From Planctomycetota bacterium (GTDB taxonomy: Bacteria; Planctomycetota; Uabimicrobiia; Uabimicrobiales; JABWCH01), in the NCBI GenBank assembly GCA_020057085.1, contig JAGVGO010000238.1, positions 1,361 through 65,360 of the forward strand: DNA of 64,000 bases. The letters are read 5' to 3'. Below are positions 44,119 through 53,956 of this stretch, piece after piece. The notes beneath the pieces were generated by a model that was given only the letters and a program-made list of their open reading frames with translations, did no database searches and had not been told where the DNA came from. The position numbers were made by a program, and so were the translations under genes. How positions within the stretch are numbered: position 1 is the first letter of the stretch; every line of letters begins with the position of its first letter.

Positions 44119-46290
44119 TCATTGTTGTTCGCTGAAGCTAGTCACGCCGGCGATGGCGAAAGTAGCTTCCGTCGTCTCTAGCAACACATCGAACGGAATC
44201 GGCCACGCTACTTCTTTGCCTTTCAGCACGCGCGCCAGTGCCAGCAACTCCTCGCGGTGTCCCTTGTCGCTCCTGGTCGTGGCAATATCTGCGAGCTTGA
44301 CGTCGTAACCCTGGAGTGATTGGTAATTATCCATGACGACACTCTTGCCGTCGAAGTGCAGTTCCACATATTCTTTGGACAACTGGGGGCTGCCCACGGC
44401 AAAATAGTGGAGCGTGGCAACTGAACCGTCGCCATATTTCAATACAATCGCTTTGTTGTCAACAGCCTGGAATTTGCCCATAGCCGGTGACAGATTATCC
44501 CAGAACAAAGAGGTGATAGGCGCGCCGATCCAAAAAGCAAAGAGATCGAGAATATGGCACGCCTCGCCGACGATCCTGCCACCATGCTCGTGTACCCAGT
44601 GTTCAGAAGCGATGTAGCCGGCATTCATACGATAGGTGATGAAAAGCGGTCCCAGCCGCTGGGCCACATGTTTTTTGATCTCCTGGGCATAACAACTGAA
44701 ACGGCGGTTGTAGGCGACCATCAGGAGAGGCTTATTGGCCGTGCCATAGCTGTAAAATTCCTTGATTTTGTTCAACTCTTCTAGCCGCACCGCCAGCGGC
44801 TTTTCTACGAGCACATGCTTGCCTGCTTGCAGAGCCTGTAATGTCAACTGTGCGTGGCTATCATGGCGGGTAGCGATGAGCAGCAAATCAACCTGATTGT
44901 CATGTAAAATTTCCTGGTAACTGGTCGTGGCATACGCCGCTCCGTACGCCTCAGCCGCAGCCCTGGCCTTGACACCACAGGCATCCATCACGGCGTGTAG
45001 TTGATAGTGGGCAGACAGATCACGCAGGTTGGGCAGATGCATAGTGGTAGCAAAATTGCCGGCACCTACCAACGCCACTTTGATTTTGTCACTCGCCACC
45101 GGCCGGCTGTTGACCATTACCTTGCGTTCATGGTTGCGGCAATTCACCAACTGCGTCATATCCGGCTCGCCGTAATGGACGAGCAGCATAAGCGGTTTTT
45201 GTGCCGTGCCGTCTTGTAAGGCTGCAAAAGCGGCTTCCACCTGGGCGAGCGGATAGCTGCCATGAATCAGTTTGTCCAGACGTACGACACCGACAGCGAG
45301 CAGCCGCAGGTATTCCTGCATATTGCGTCGTTCGGTCCAGCGCACGTAGGCATACGGGTAGTCCACCCCGTTCTGTTCGTATCTGTCGTCATAACGACCT
45401 GGCCCATAGGAGGTGGAGATCATAAAATCAATTTCCTTGGCATACATGTCTTCGCGGGCAATTTGCATGCCTGACACCCCGACCAGCACTACACGCCCTT
45501 TCTTGCGTGCCATCTTGAAACTTTGTGCCAGCGGCGTCGAGCTGGCCGTAGCGGCAGTGAACAGCACAGCATCGGCGCCATGTCCGCCCGTGATGTGTTG
45601 CACGGCCGCCACGATATCCGTTTCACTCACCGACAGGGTATATTCCGCACCCAGTGCTGCGGCGATTTGCAGGCGTTGCGTATTGATGTCGCTTGCCACC
45701 ACACGTACGCCGGAGGCCTTGAGAATTTGCACACACAAGAGGCCAATGATGCCGGTGCCGAGCACTACCCCCCACTCGCCGAGTTTAAGGTTGGCGCGTC
45801 TTACCGCATGCAGGGCGATAGCACCGAGCGCCACCGACGAGCCTTCGGCAAAACCAATGCTGGCAGGCAGTGCCACCACGAGGTTGTCCGGCACTTCCAC
45901 ATATTCGGCATGGTGAGCGATACCGGCGCCAGCCGCCGCCACGCGGTCGCCTGGCTGAAAATCGCGTACACCTTCGCCTACAGCCAGCACCACGCCCGCC
46001 AGCGAATAGCCGATCGGCGCACTTGCTTCCTGTTTTTCACGCAGCTTACGCCACAGCCTATCCAATCCTTCGCTTTGTGCCATATGCCAGGCTTTTTTGA
46101 GTTTTTCCGGTTGGGACAGAGCTTTCTGGATCAGGGATTTCTGGCTTTCCTGCACTACCGCCACCTCGGTGCCGGCGGAAATACAGCTTGTCACCACCTT
46201 GATAAGGACTGTACCAGGGGATACCATGGGTGCCGGTACCTCGGCGGCCCACACTTTGCCTTTTTTGACCAATGCCTGTCGCATGCTCAC
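44119..46290 (-). CDS. Bi-domain oxidoreductase: N-terminal zinc-type alcohol dehydrogenase (MDR) fused to C-terminal Gfo/Idh/MocA domain
   Basis: 723-aa ORF. GroES-like/MDR N-terminus (PGTVLIKVVTSCISAGTE...GDRVAAAG...VVLGTGIIGLL). Second Rossmann motif KVALVGAGNFATTMHLPNL with EKPLA typical of Gfo/Idh/MocA. RBS AAAGGAG upstream. Confidence 0.8.
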   Translation of the reverse strand: MSMRQALVKKGKVWAAEVPAPMVSPGTVLIKVVTSCISAGTEVAVVQESQKSLIQKALSQPEKLKKAWHMAQSEGLDRLWRKLREKQEASAPIGYSLAGVVLAVGEGVRDFQPGDRVAAAGAGIAHHAEYVEVPDNLVVALPASIGFAEGSSVALGAIALHAVRRANLKLGEWGVVLGTGIIGLLCVQILKASGVRVVASDINTQRLQIAAALGAEYTLSVSETDIVAAVQHITGGHGADAVLFTAATASSTPLAQSFKMARKKGRVVLVGVSGMQIAREDMYAKEIDFMISTSYGPGRYDDRYEQNGVDYPYAYVRWTERRNMQEYLRLLAVGVVRLDKLIHGSYPLAQVEAAFAALQDGTAQKPLMLLVHYGEPDMTQLVNCRNHERKVMVNSRPVASDKIKVALVGAGNFATTMHLPNLRDLSAHYQLHAVMDACGVKARAAAEAYGAAYATTSYQEILHDNQVDLLLIATRHDSHAQLTLQALQAGKHVLVEKPLAVRLEELNKIKEFYSYGTANKPLLMVAYNRRFSCYAQEIKKHVAQRLGPLFITYRMNAGYIASEHWVHEHGGRIVGEACHILDLFAFWIGAPITSLFWDNLSPAMGKFQAVDNKAIVLKYGDGSVATLHYFAVGSPQLSKEYVELHFDGKSVVMDNYQSLQGYDVKLADIATTRSDKGHREELLALARVLKGKEVAWPIPFDVLLETTEATFAIAGVTSFSEQQ

Positions 46291-46298
46291 TCACTCCT

Positions 46299-47546
46299 TT
46301 AGCGCCAGACTCCGCGCGTGTCAACCACCTCTTTCTGCCGCAAGAGGGTTCGGTCTATCTGCGCAAACAGGCGATGGTTGACGAGCAATACCACGATATT
46401 GGCGTCGCGCATGGCGCTATCGAGGTCACAAAGACGCAGAGGCAGTCCCTGCAAGACGTTGGGCAACGCGGTGATATAGGGTTCCACGAGCAAAATATCA
46501 CCGAGCCTTTCGCGCGCGAGCATTTCTACCACTCGCACCGACGGGCTTTCGCGTAAGTCATTGGTGTCTGGTTTATAGCTGAGTCCCAGGCAGGCGATCA
46601 CCGGTTTTTTTAACTGCCTGGCTTTTTGTCGGATTTGGGCCACCACGTAGTCAGGGCGCTCATCGTTGATTTCACGGGCAGTGCGAATGAGTCGTGCCTC
46701 TGCCGGAGCGCTGTGCACGATAAACCACGGCACCACCGGAATGCAGTGGCCGCCGACGCCGGGGCCGGGCTGGTGGATGTTGACTCGCGGATGATGATTG
46801 GCCAGAGAGATCACCTCCCACACGTCAATGCCAAGTTTGTCGCAGATCACGGCAAGCTCGTTGGCAAAGGCGATATTGATGTCACGGAAGGTATTTTCCG
46901 CCAGCTTTACCAGTTCCGCCGTGCGCGCCTTGGTGAGAATGCAGTCGCCTTTGACGAAAATCTTGTAGAGAGCGACGGCTCGTTCTGTGCATTTTTTGCT
47001 GATGCCGCCGATAACACGGTCGTTATGTACCAGCTCTTTCATAATCTGACCGGGGATGACCCGCTCCGGGCAGTGTGCTACCTGGACATCGGCGTTTTCG
47101 CCATGGTTGTGCGGAAAAGTGAGGTCGTGTCGCATGTGCGACAACCAGCGCGACAGTTCTTCAGTAGTGCCTACGGGCGAGGTTGATTCAAGAATCACGA
47201 GATTGCCCCTCGCCAGCACAGGGGCAATCGCTTTGGCGGCACTTTCGATATAGCTGGTGTCCGGTGTGTGGGAAGAACCCTTGAACGGCGTGGGTACGGA
47301 GATGATAAAAACATCTGCCGCTTCCGCCGTTACCGTAGCCCGCAGTCTACCGCCAGACACGGCGTCGGCGACGATGTTTTGCAGATCGGGTTCGACGATG
47401 TGGATTTTCCCCTGGTTGATCGTCTCAACCACTTTTGCGTTGATATCCAAGCCGACCACTTCGGGAACATGCTGGGCCAGTACTGCGGCGGTCGGCAGGC
47501 CAATGTAACCCAGCCCTACGATTTCTATTTTGGCAAACTTTTCCAA
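46299..47546 (-). CDS. Nucleotide-sugar (UDP-glucose/GDP-mannose family) dehydrogenase, WecC/UDP-ManNAc dehydrogenase-like
   Basis: IEIVGLGYIGLPTA Rossmann motif, catalytic-Cys region PGPGVGGHCIPV, GLSYKPDTNDLRESP. The track ORF extends to a TTG at 47612. I prefer the in-frame TTG at 47546, which is preceded by AAGGAAAG and sits just before the Rossmann motif. Confidence 0.8.
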   Translation of the reverse strand: MEKFAKIEIVGLGYIGLPTAAVLAQHVPEVVGLDINAKVVETINQGKIHIVEPDLQNIVADAVSGGRLRATVTAEAADVFIISVPTPFKGSSHTPDTSYIESAAKAIAPVLARGNLVILESTSPVGTTEELSRWLSHMRHDLTFPHNHGENADVQVAHCPERVIPGQIMKELVHNDRVIGGISKKCTERAVALYKIFVKGDCILTKARTAELVKLAENTFRDINIAFANELAVICDKLGIDVWEVISLANHHPRVNIHQPGPGVGGHCIPVVPWFIVHSAPAEARLIRTAREINDERPDYVVAQIRQKARQLKKPVIACLGLSYKPDTNDLRESPSVRVVEMLARERLGDILLVEPYITALPNVLQGLPLRLCDLDSAMRDANIVVLLVNHRLFAQIDRTLLRQKEVVDTRGVWR

Positions 47547-47721
47547 AGTTCTTTCCTTTGCAATGTAACCATCACTTTTCACTATTATTACATCGTGAAG
47601 GCAAATTGCCAAGGAAATTCCGTAAAAATCGCGCTGGCTGAGTGCATGAACTATGCGTTCGTGGAAATCCCCGTGAGATGCACGGAGCTATAAATTTTGC
47701 ACCTGACGGCTTCCCAATCTG

Positions 47722-50157
47722 TCATCTTTTCTCTTTTTGCATGGCGTTCAGCCGCTCTTGACGCACGGCCGGATCAAGGCGTTCGATACGGGTGATCTGG
47801 ACGCATGCTATCTTTTCCCGCCGCATTTTGGACTTGTCGCTATTCTCCTGCCAGGATAACAGTATGATGTAGTCCTTACTCTCTTTTTCGATCAGTCCTT
47901 GCACTATTTTTCCGTCTTGCAGGTAAATAACATCCCAGAGCCGAGTATCGGCAGTCAGCTTCCGACGCAGATTGGCGATGAGCGGGGACAGTTCTGCCGA
48001 TAGCGCCTGTAGCTTGCCGGTTTCCTGTCGTTCAGGCGACCACTGCCACTTTAATGCTTCGGAGCACTTGCGCACAGCGTGTGTGTAAAATTCTTGGGCG
48101 TAGGCCGGTTTGGCCGGTTCCAGGTCTTGCGCAACTTCTTTGAGCAATTTTGCCAGATTGCACACCCCGGAGGCCGACTGCTCGCGCAGAGCCAGGAGCG
48201 CCGCTTGCACACGCACATTGTCGGTTTCCTGCGTGCGGAACTCCTCAAGCAAAGAATCTATACGGTAGCTCTGGTAACAATCTTCCCATGACAAGGCAAG
48301 AAACGGTAAAATTCCCTCCACGGACGGCAAGATGTAGGCTTTCTTTTTCCACTCGCCTTGGTTCATCAATCGCCACTTATTCTGCGCCGCCGTCAGTTGT
48401 TTTTGCGTGCGTTCCAGCAGTTTGGCCAACGGCTGCCAGCTGTTCTGCACCTTGACATATCCTTTTTTCTCCAACTCGCTTGTCGCATACCACACGCCGT
48501 CCTCGCAGTGATAGTATTTACGGTATTGGGGAGCTATGGAAAGTAAACTCTCGATAGCCGCCTGGCGCAAACTGTCAGGGGCTTTCGACGAGATGGCGAT
48601 TGCATATACCGCCCTTTTTGCATCTTCTACCGCCGCCGCTCCTAAAATCTGTATGGCTTCGATCTTGGCATCTACATTGTACTCACCGGTGTCGTCCTCG
48701 ACCACGGCGATCAGCGCAGGAAATACCTCGTTGCCCCATTTTTTCAAGATTTGTTTGGCCTGTTTACGCAGCGTAAAATTCTGGATATTGAGAGCCAAAA
48801 TGACAAGCGGTATCGCTTCATTGCCATACTGCTCCAACATCTGCAAGGCACGCATCCTTTGCTCATCGCTGCCGCGTACGATGTCGTTACGCAATTTTTC
48901 GATACTGGGTGGTGCGAAATAGAGCCAGACACCCAAGAGTAGTAGCAGCAGAAAACCACTTAGAGCAATCCACTTGCGCCAGAGATAGGCACGTACGAGC
49001 CAGGTGGCAGAACAGTTCTGCAAAAATGCCGGTAGAGCAGGCTTGTCGTCGCCTGGTTTTTCCCGTGCTGGGTACTCAGGTGTGTCCGCGTCCTGGAAAG
49101 TCAGTGAATTATTTTCTTGCGGTGTTGCTTCGACCTCTGGTGTGTCCGCGTCCTGGAAAGGCAGCAAATCGTTGAAAGCCGGTGAATTATTTGCTTGCTG
49201 CGTAACCTTGACGGCATTTTTGTCAATGCATGTCTCGGTGTCAATGACCTCTTCGTTCCATATCGGCATAGGAGCCTTGTCGTTATTGGCGGCCACAGTG
49301 TTTCCCTTTTGCTGCTGCAATGTCTCGGCGAGCGCCTGTGCCATCTCGGCGGCCCTCTGATAGCGATGTTCGGTTTTTTTTTGCAGTGCTTTCAGGCAGA
49401 TGGCTTCGGCCATCCGTCCGAGAGGTGACAGCTTGGGGTTTACTTTTTGCGGCAAGGGGATGGGTTTCATCAGCACCGCATACATCAGGTTGGCGTCGGA
49501 TAGCCCATGGAACGGGGTGCGTCCGGTGAGCATCTGATAGAGAATGATACCAAGCGACCAGATATCGGCGCGCTGATCCACCACTTGCGAGTTTTCCCAT
49601 TGTTCGGGCGACATGTAGTGCGGAGTACCAAGGCTGATTTGCGGGGCGGTGATTCCCTCTTCGTCCGCATCTTTTGCCTTGGCCAGGCCGAAATCGGTGA
49701 TTTTGGGTACCAACGAAGTGGAAAACAAGATATTGGCCGGTTTCAGGTCTCTGTGAATCAGTTGCTTTCCATGCGCGAAATCGAGCCCTTCTGCCACTTG
49801 CTGCAAAACGCGCAAGCCGTCGCTCAAGGTGAAATTCTTTTGTTTCAGATATTGAGCAACTGAGCCGCCAGCGAGATACTCCATGATAAAGTACGATTCT
49901 TTGGGATTGGCATAGTAGATGGTGACAATGTTCGGATGATTGAGATTGGCCAGCGTGCTGATCTCGCGAAAAAAGCGATGCTGTTCTTTCTCCCCCATCT
50001 GTCGCAAAAGTTTAGCAGCTTCCTGTCGCCCCGGATCACCCATATTTCGGTTAAGCACCAACCACACCGTGCCTTGTGCCCCGCTAGCAAGCTCTTTGAC
50101 ATATTGATAACCCGCTGGTAATGGAGGAAGGTAGAGATTCTGCTCTATTCCAGCCAT
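47722..50157 (-). CDS. Ser/Thr protein kinase with TM helix and HEAT-like repeat region
   Basis: Start moved to the ATG at 50157 (MAGIEQ), preceded by GGGAAAGGGAA. LASGAQGTVW, AAKLL, HRDLKPANIL, DFGLAK, HYMSPEQ. TM WIALSGFLLLLLLGVWLYF. HEAT-like ALQMLEQYGNEAIPLVILAL. Confidence 0.9.
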   Translation of the reverse strand: MAGIEQNLYLPPLPAGYQYVKELASGAQGTVWLVLNRNMGDPGRQEAAKLLRQMGEKEQHRFFREISTLANLNHPNIVTIYYANPKESYFIMEYLAGGSVAQYLKQKNFTLSDGLRVLQQVAEGLDFAHGKQLIHRDLKPANILFSTSLVPKITDFGLAKAKDADEEGITAPQISLGTPHYMSPEQWENSQVVDQRADIWSLGIILYQMLTGRTPFHGLSDANLMYAVLMKPIPLPQKVNPKLSPLGRMAEAICLKALQKKTEHRYQRAAEMAQALAETLQQQKGNTVAANNDKAPMPIWNEEVIDTETCIDKNAVKVTQQANNSPAFNDLLPFQDADTPEVEATPQENNSLTFQDADTPEYPAREKPGDDKPALPAFLQNCSATWLVRAYLWRKWIALSGFLLLLLLGVWLYFAPPSIEKLRNDIVRGSDEQRMRALQMLEQYGNEAIPLVILALNIQNFTLRKQAKQILKKWGNEVFPALIAVVEDDTGEYNVDAKIEAIQILGAAAVEDAKRAVYAIAISSKAPDSLRQAAIESLLSIAPQYRKYYHCEDGVWYATSELEKKGYVKVQNSWQPLAKLLERTQKQLTAAQNKWRLMNQGEWKKKAYILPSVEGILPFLALSWEDCYQSYRIDSLLEEFRTQETDNVRVQAALLALREQSASGVCNLAKLLKEVAQDLEPAKPAYAQEFYTHAVRKCSEALKWQWSPERQETGKLQALSAELSPLIANLRRKLTADTRLWDVIYLQDGKIVQGLIEKESKDYIILLSWQENSDKSKMRREKIACVQITRIERLDPAVRQERLNAMQKEKR

Positions 50158-50301
50158 AAAATTCCCTTTCCCTGTCACGAATTAAAAATTTGAAATATTT
50201 AAAAAATAAAAAATTTGCCAACATATTCTATTCTCGCGGCGAATGCGGTAATTTCTGTGTTTTATGATACCATGAAATGTGGATAGCGCAAAATGATTTT
50301 C

Positions 50302-50330
50302 TTGCAAGCGAAGCGGTTTTCTAGTAAGAT
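50302..50330 (+). promoter_or_regulatory. Sigma70-like promoter candidate for the FHA-like kinase gene
   Basis: TTGCAA (50302-50307), a 17-nt spacer, then TAAGAT (50325-50330), 36 nt upstream of the ATG at 50366, which has an AGGAG RBS. Confidence 0.45.
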
Positions 50331-50365
50331 AGGCAGAGAAGAAATCCAGAATTAGGAGAGCTGGC

Positions 50366-52402
50366 ATGGATATTTTAAGCTATCACCAAAATAACCGTTG
50401 TATTGCCAGGTTTAACTTACAACAAGATGCAAAGATATACACGATAGGAAGTTCAGCGGATAACGATTTTGTGATTGCCCACCCGCAAGTGGCCCCTCAA
50501 CAGTTGCAAATTCAGTTTGACAACGGCATTTACCATTTTCTGGCAGTTGCCGAAAACGGCACCATGTTGGAAGCTTTTACGCTGCCTGTAGACTGCTGGC
50601 TGGATTTGCCGGAAAACAAAAAAATATGGCTGAATCGCGAGCAGAGCGCCGGTTATCTGTTGTTTCGCTCTAAAGTGGCTGCGCCGCTGCCGAAAAATCA
50701 AAAAAATACGGCCGACAGCAATCCTGCCATGACTGGCGGCAAGGCTCGTACCACAAACGGTCTGAGCGATATACCGGCAAAGATGGCGGAGAAAAATGTT
50801 GCCGCCGAACCAGCAAATGATATCGGCAAAGCATCGGCAGCCGGCAGAAAGAAAACCGGCAAAAACCCTGCCGCAAATCCTGATCTGCAGACCACAGATA
50901 GCGAAGAAGCCGCTGTCACCAATCTATGGCAACAGGAGCAACCCACCATTGTCCCAGTTGCCGACGCCGGCGAACTTAACCTTGCGCCGGAGCCATCATG
51001 GGAACAGGATACTCTGTTGTACGAAACACGCAAGAAAAACGATGGCAAACTCGATGTTGACAAAATTTCTTCATTTGCAGGGCGTTACACAGTCATCGGC
51101 CTGCTCGGCAAAGGCGGCATGGGTATCGTCTACAAAGTCAGAGATGAAAAGATGAACCGCATAGTTGCCTTGAAACTTCTTATTGTCAAAGATAAGGAAA
51201 CTCTCGAACTGATACAACGTTTTTTGAGTGAAGCCAGAACCATCGCCAAATTACACCACAGCAACGTCGTTGCCGTGCACGATATCGGCATGCACGAAGG
51301 TATGCCCTATTTCACCATGGATTTCATTGACGGCAAGGAACTGCATAAATGCCTCAATGATGTCAAGCCGAGACAGGCTATGCAATGGATGCTCGTTTTG
51401 TGTGATGCGGTAAATTACATCCACGAGTGTGGTGTAATTCATCGCGATCTGAAACCATCCAATGTCATGTTGCAGGGCAACCAGCCGATCCTCATGGATT
51501 TCGGCATTGCCCGCGATGAAACGACTCACTCCGTTCTCACCGTCGCAGGCAAATCAATCGGCACGCCGGTGTACATGTCGCCCGAACAGGCACGTGGGCA
51601 GACCAGTCAGATCAATGTGCAAAGCGACGTGTACGGGCTTGGCGCTATCTTCTATGAAATGTTGACCAAGCAACCGCCGTTTGCCGGCACGCCCATTCAG
51701 GTAATTTACAAAGTCTGCAATATCGAACCGACACCTATTGCCACGCTCAATCCGGGTATACCAAAAGATATCATCACCATCGTCAGCAAAGCAATGTGCA
51801 AAGACAAGTCTTTCCGCTACGCTTCGGCCAAAGAAATGGGGAAGGATATACAAAGGTATTTGCAGGGACTGTGTATTCACGCTAAACCGCTCACGCTCTC
51901 GCAACACCTGGTCAAATTGTTCCGCCAGAATCGCAATGTCAGCTATGGCGTGCTGGGCGGGGCAGCGTTGTTGATCTTGATGCTCGGCACCTTCTTTTAT
52001 TCGCGATATACTGCGGCAGCAACGCGGCAGCACAAAATCAGCGAACAGATGCAGACTGCAGCCCAACATCTGGAGGCGGCAAAGACGTTGAACAGTGACA
52101 CTATCACTCACTACATTCAGGCTTCCGAAAACTATACGCGTGTCCTTGGGTTGGACAGCAGCAACGCAGAAGCGCAAAACGGAAAATTCGAAACATTGCT
52201 GCAGATCGCCCAGCATGCGAGTCTTGTCTTGCACGATTACAATTTCGCCCGTACCATGTACAGCAGTGCCCAACAAATGGGAATCAACGACCAGCGAGTC
52301 AAAGCCGAACTGGAGATCATGCAGAAAAAAGAGAAAGAAGAAAAACTGGCGGTGCATAATATGCTCAACAAAATTTTTGCGCAGTTGCGTGAACAAAAAT
52401 GA
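50366..52402 (+). CDS. Ser/Thr protein kinase with degenerate FHA-like N-terminus, TM helix and helical (TPR-like) C-terminus
   Basis: 678-aa ORF. LGKGGMGIVYKV, VALKLL, HRDLKPSNVM, DFGIAR, VYMSPEQ. TM VLGGAALLILMLGTFFY. The N-terminal KIYTIGSSADNDFVIAHPQVAPQQLQIQFDNGIYHF resembles an FHA fold but lacks the canonical Arg/Ser/His. Confidence 0.85.
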   Translation: MDILSYHQNNRCIARFNLQQDAKIYTIGSSADNDFVIAHPQVAPQQLQIQFDNGIYHFLAVAENGTMLEAFTLPVDCWLDLPENKKIWLNREQSAGYLLFRSKVAAPLPKNQKNTADSNPAMTGGKARTTNGLSDIPAKMAEKNVAAEPANDIGKASAAGRKKTGKNPAANPDLQTTDSEEAAVTNLWQQEQPTIVPVADAGELNLAPEPSWEQDTLLYETRKKNDGKLDVDKISSFAGRYTVIGLLGKGGMGIVYKVRDEKMNRIVALKLLIVKDKETLELIQRFLSEARTIAKLHHSNVVAVHDIGMHEGMPYFTMDFIDGKELHKCLNDVKPRQAMQWMLVLCDAVNYIHECGVIHRDLKPSNVMLQGNQPILMDFGIARDETTHSVLTVAGKSIGTPVYMSPEQARGQTSQINVQSDVYGLGAIFYEMLTKQPPFAGTPIQVIYKVCNIEPTPIATLNPGIPKDIITIVSKAMCKDKSFRYASAKEMGKDIQRYLQGLCIHAKPLTLSQHLVKLFRQNRNVSYGVLGGAALLILMLGTFFYSRYTAAATRQHKISEQMQTAAQHLEAAKTLNSDTITHYIQASENYTRVLGLDSSNAEAQNGKFETLLQIAQHASLVLHDYNFARTMYSSAQQMGINDQRVKAELEIMQKKEKEEKLAVHNMLNKIFAQLREQK

Positions 52403-52404
52403 CG

Positions 52405-53832
52405 CTATCCCCGCCACACCCTGTAGCTGGTGCCGCCCAGTTCTATATGGTTTTCGCCAGGCTGCAGTTTCATATTTTCTGTAAGCACATGGCGCAGAAT
52501 ATGCAAGTTTTGCGAACGGGCGTGGGTGATGAGTGCGCGTGCGAAGACGAGGTGCGGCGTCTGGCGATCCAGGTAGTACAACTGTAGTGTCTGTGCCAGT
52601 TCTTTGAGCGAAGCGAGTGTCACCGCTGTAGTTCCCTCTTTGTTTGCCGATTCTTGGGGCGCACCAGGGGGAGTGGCAGCTACCGCCGGCGAAAAGTCTG
52701 CCAGCGGCTGCTCCGAGCAGATGTCGCGAAGTCCGTCGAGCCGGGCCAAAAGCCGCAAATTTTGTTCACGTAGCTCCTGCGCCAGTTTTTCGTGTTCGCC
52801 GGCGATCGTCTGCAATTGTTCTTCATGCTGCTGCAACATGTGGCTTGCCTTGTGAGCGAAGTCATTCAAACCATTTTCGACACGCCGCAACAGCTCGGTA
52901 AGCGGCGCCGTCTCGCGGCTGATTTCAGTGTGCAACTTTTGCCATGCCGCCTCGTGCCTGGCCGGATCGTCAGGATAATCGGGCACAGGCTCCATGGCAC
53001 ATACCACAGCAGGCTGCGTCGTTGGCGGCTCAACAGTTTCAGGGCGGGTGTTGTGCGCTTCGATTTCCCTGAACGGCAACCACTCGCCACCCCGGCATTG
53101 CGGCCACACTTCCCGCTCGAAACAAAGTCGCATCAGGCTAAACATCGGATGGCGCAGGCAATTCCAGTAACGATAGAGGCCAGTCTGGTAAAACAAAAAA
53201 GCTTCCTTCCGAGTCAGTAAGTTTGCACCTGCCTGGCCACCATTGCCCTCCGCCGACGGCTCCAGCCAGCTATCCATGTGCAAATTGGCGACATAGCCGT
53301 GTAGTGCACGCGACACGTGGTCGAGGGGCGGCACGGCGAGCAGTTCGAAGATGTCGGAAAACATGATGCCGAAGCGCCCGTGCCACAGCAGCACGTAAAA
53401 TTCACAGTTGAGGTAGAGGCTTGCGATTTTTTGGTAAGCGGCCAAGGGAAGATGGCTGCGCAACAACGGAAAGACTTCGCTCATCAGCCATTCACCGACG
53501 CGTACGGCCTGTTCTTTGCAGTTTCTGCCGAGCAGAAAGGCGGCGCCGGTTTCGCTGATGAGAAACAAGCGGTTCACGCGCCGGTAGTGGGGAATGTTTT
53601 GCGTACTCAGGTAGTGTTTGAAAACACAGAGTGTTGGTCCGCTCAGGGTGAAAAAGTGGATGTTCTCGCTGCAGTCGGGGGAATTGCGGAGAACACGGCT
53701 GAGTGAACCATAGCCCATGAGAAGTGCCATTTCGCCGCCGATCACCACCCCTTCTCCGGTGTCGGTGTGGCGGAACAACCTGAGCGGCATGCGGTTGAGA
53801 GGACAGATTACGGTAGTCACCAATGCGAACAT
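52405..53832 (-). CDS. Hypothetical protein with Bro-N-like N-terminal domain and coiled-coil region
   Basis: Start moved to the ATG at 53832 (MFALV), 7 nt after GGAGGA. LRLFRHTDTGEGVVIGGEMALLMGYGSLSRVL...LFLISETGAAFLLGRNCKEQAVRVGEWLMSEVFPLLR follows the Bro-N pattern (vRv..dge.wf.a.dva..LGY ... iSE.GlY.Lil.S....A..F..Wv..eVlP.iR). By-eye match only. Confidence 0.45.
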   Translation of the reverse strand: MFALVTTVICPLNRMPLRLFRHTDTGEGVVIGGEMALLMGYGSLSRVLRNSPDCSENIHFFTLSGPTLCVFKHYLSTQNIPHYRRVNRLFLISETGAAFLLGRNCKEQAVRVGEWLMSEVFPLLRSHLPLAAYQKIASLYLNCEFYVLLWHGRFGIMFSDIFELLAVPPLDHVSRALHGYVANLHMDSWLEPSAEGNGGQAGANLLTRKEAFLFYQTGLYRYWNCLRHPMFSLMRLCFEREVWPQCRGGEWLPFREIEAHNTRPETVEPPTTQPAVVCAMEPVPDYPDDPARHEAAWQKLHTEISRETAPLTELLRRVENGLNDFAHKASHMLQQHEEQLQTIAGEHEKLAQELREQNLRLLARLDGLRDICSEQPLADFSPAVAATPPGAPQESANKEGTTAVTLASLKELAQTLQLYYLDRQTPHLVFARALITHARSQNLHILRHVLTENMKLQPGENHIELGGTSYRVWRG

Positions 53833-53956
53833 GTTTTCTTCCTCCATAAAAATAACAAGTGAAGATTGCGTGAAGATTTTAGCCCGCACCGACGACAAAA
53901 TTGGCGACGTTAGGATGTGGGTATTTTTTAACGGATCCAGACACAGCGGAGTAGTT

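Noticed and set aside
49079-49160. 22-bp direct repeat (GGTGTGTCCGCGTCCTGGAAAG) spaced 60 bp apart
   Set aside because: It lies within the kinase coding sequence and simply encodes a duplicated FQDADTPE peptide in a disordered linker. It is not a regulatory or CRISPR-like repeat.
53717-53956. 80-codon N-terminal extension of the WD40 kinase ORF
   Set aside because: It overlaps the 5' end of the divergent gene 52405..53832 and has no kinase-related sequence. The ATG at 53957 is preferred, though the ATG at 53915 cannot be excluded.
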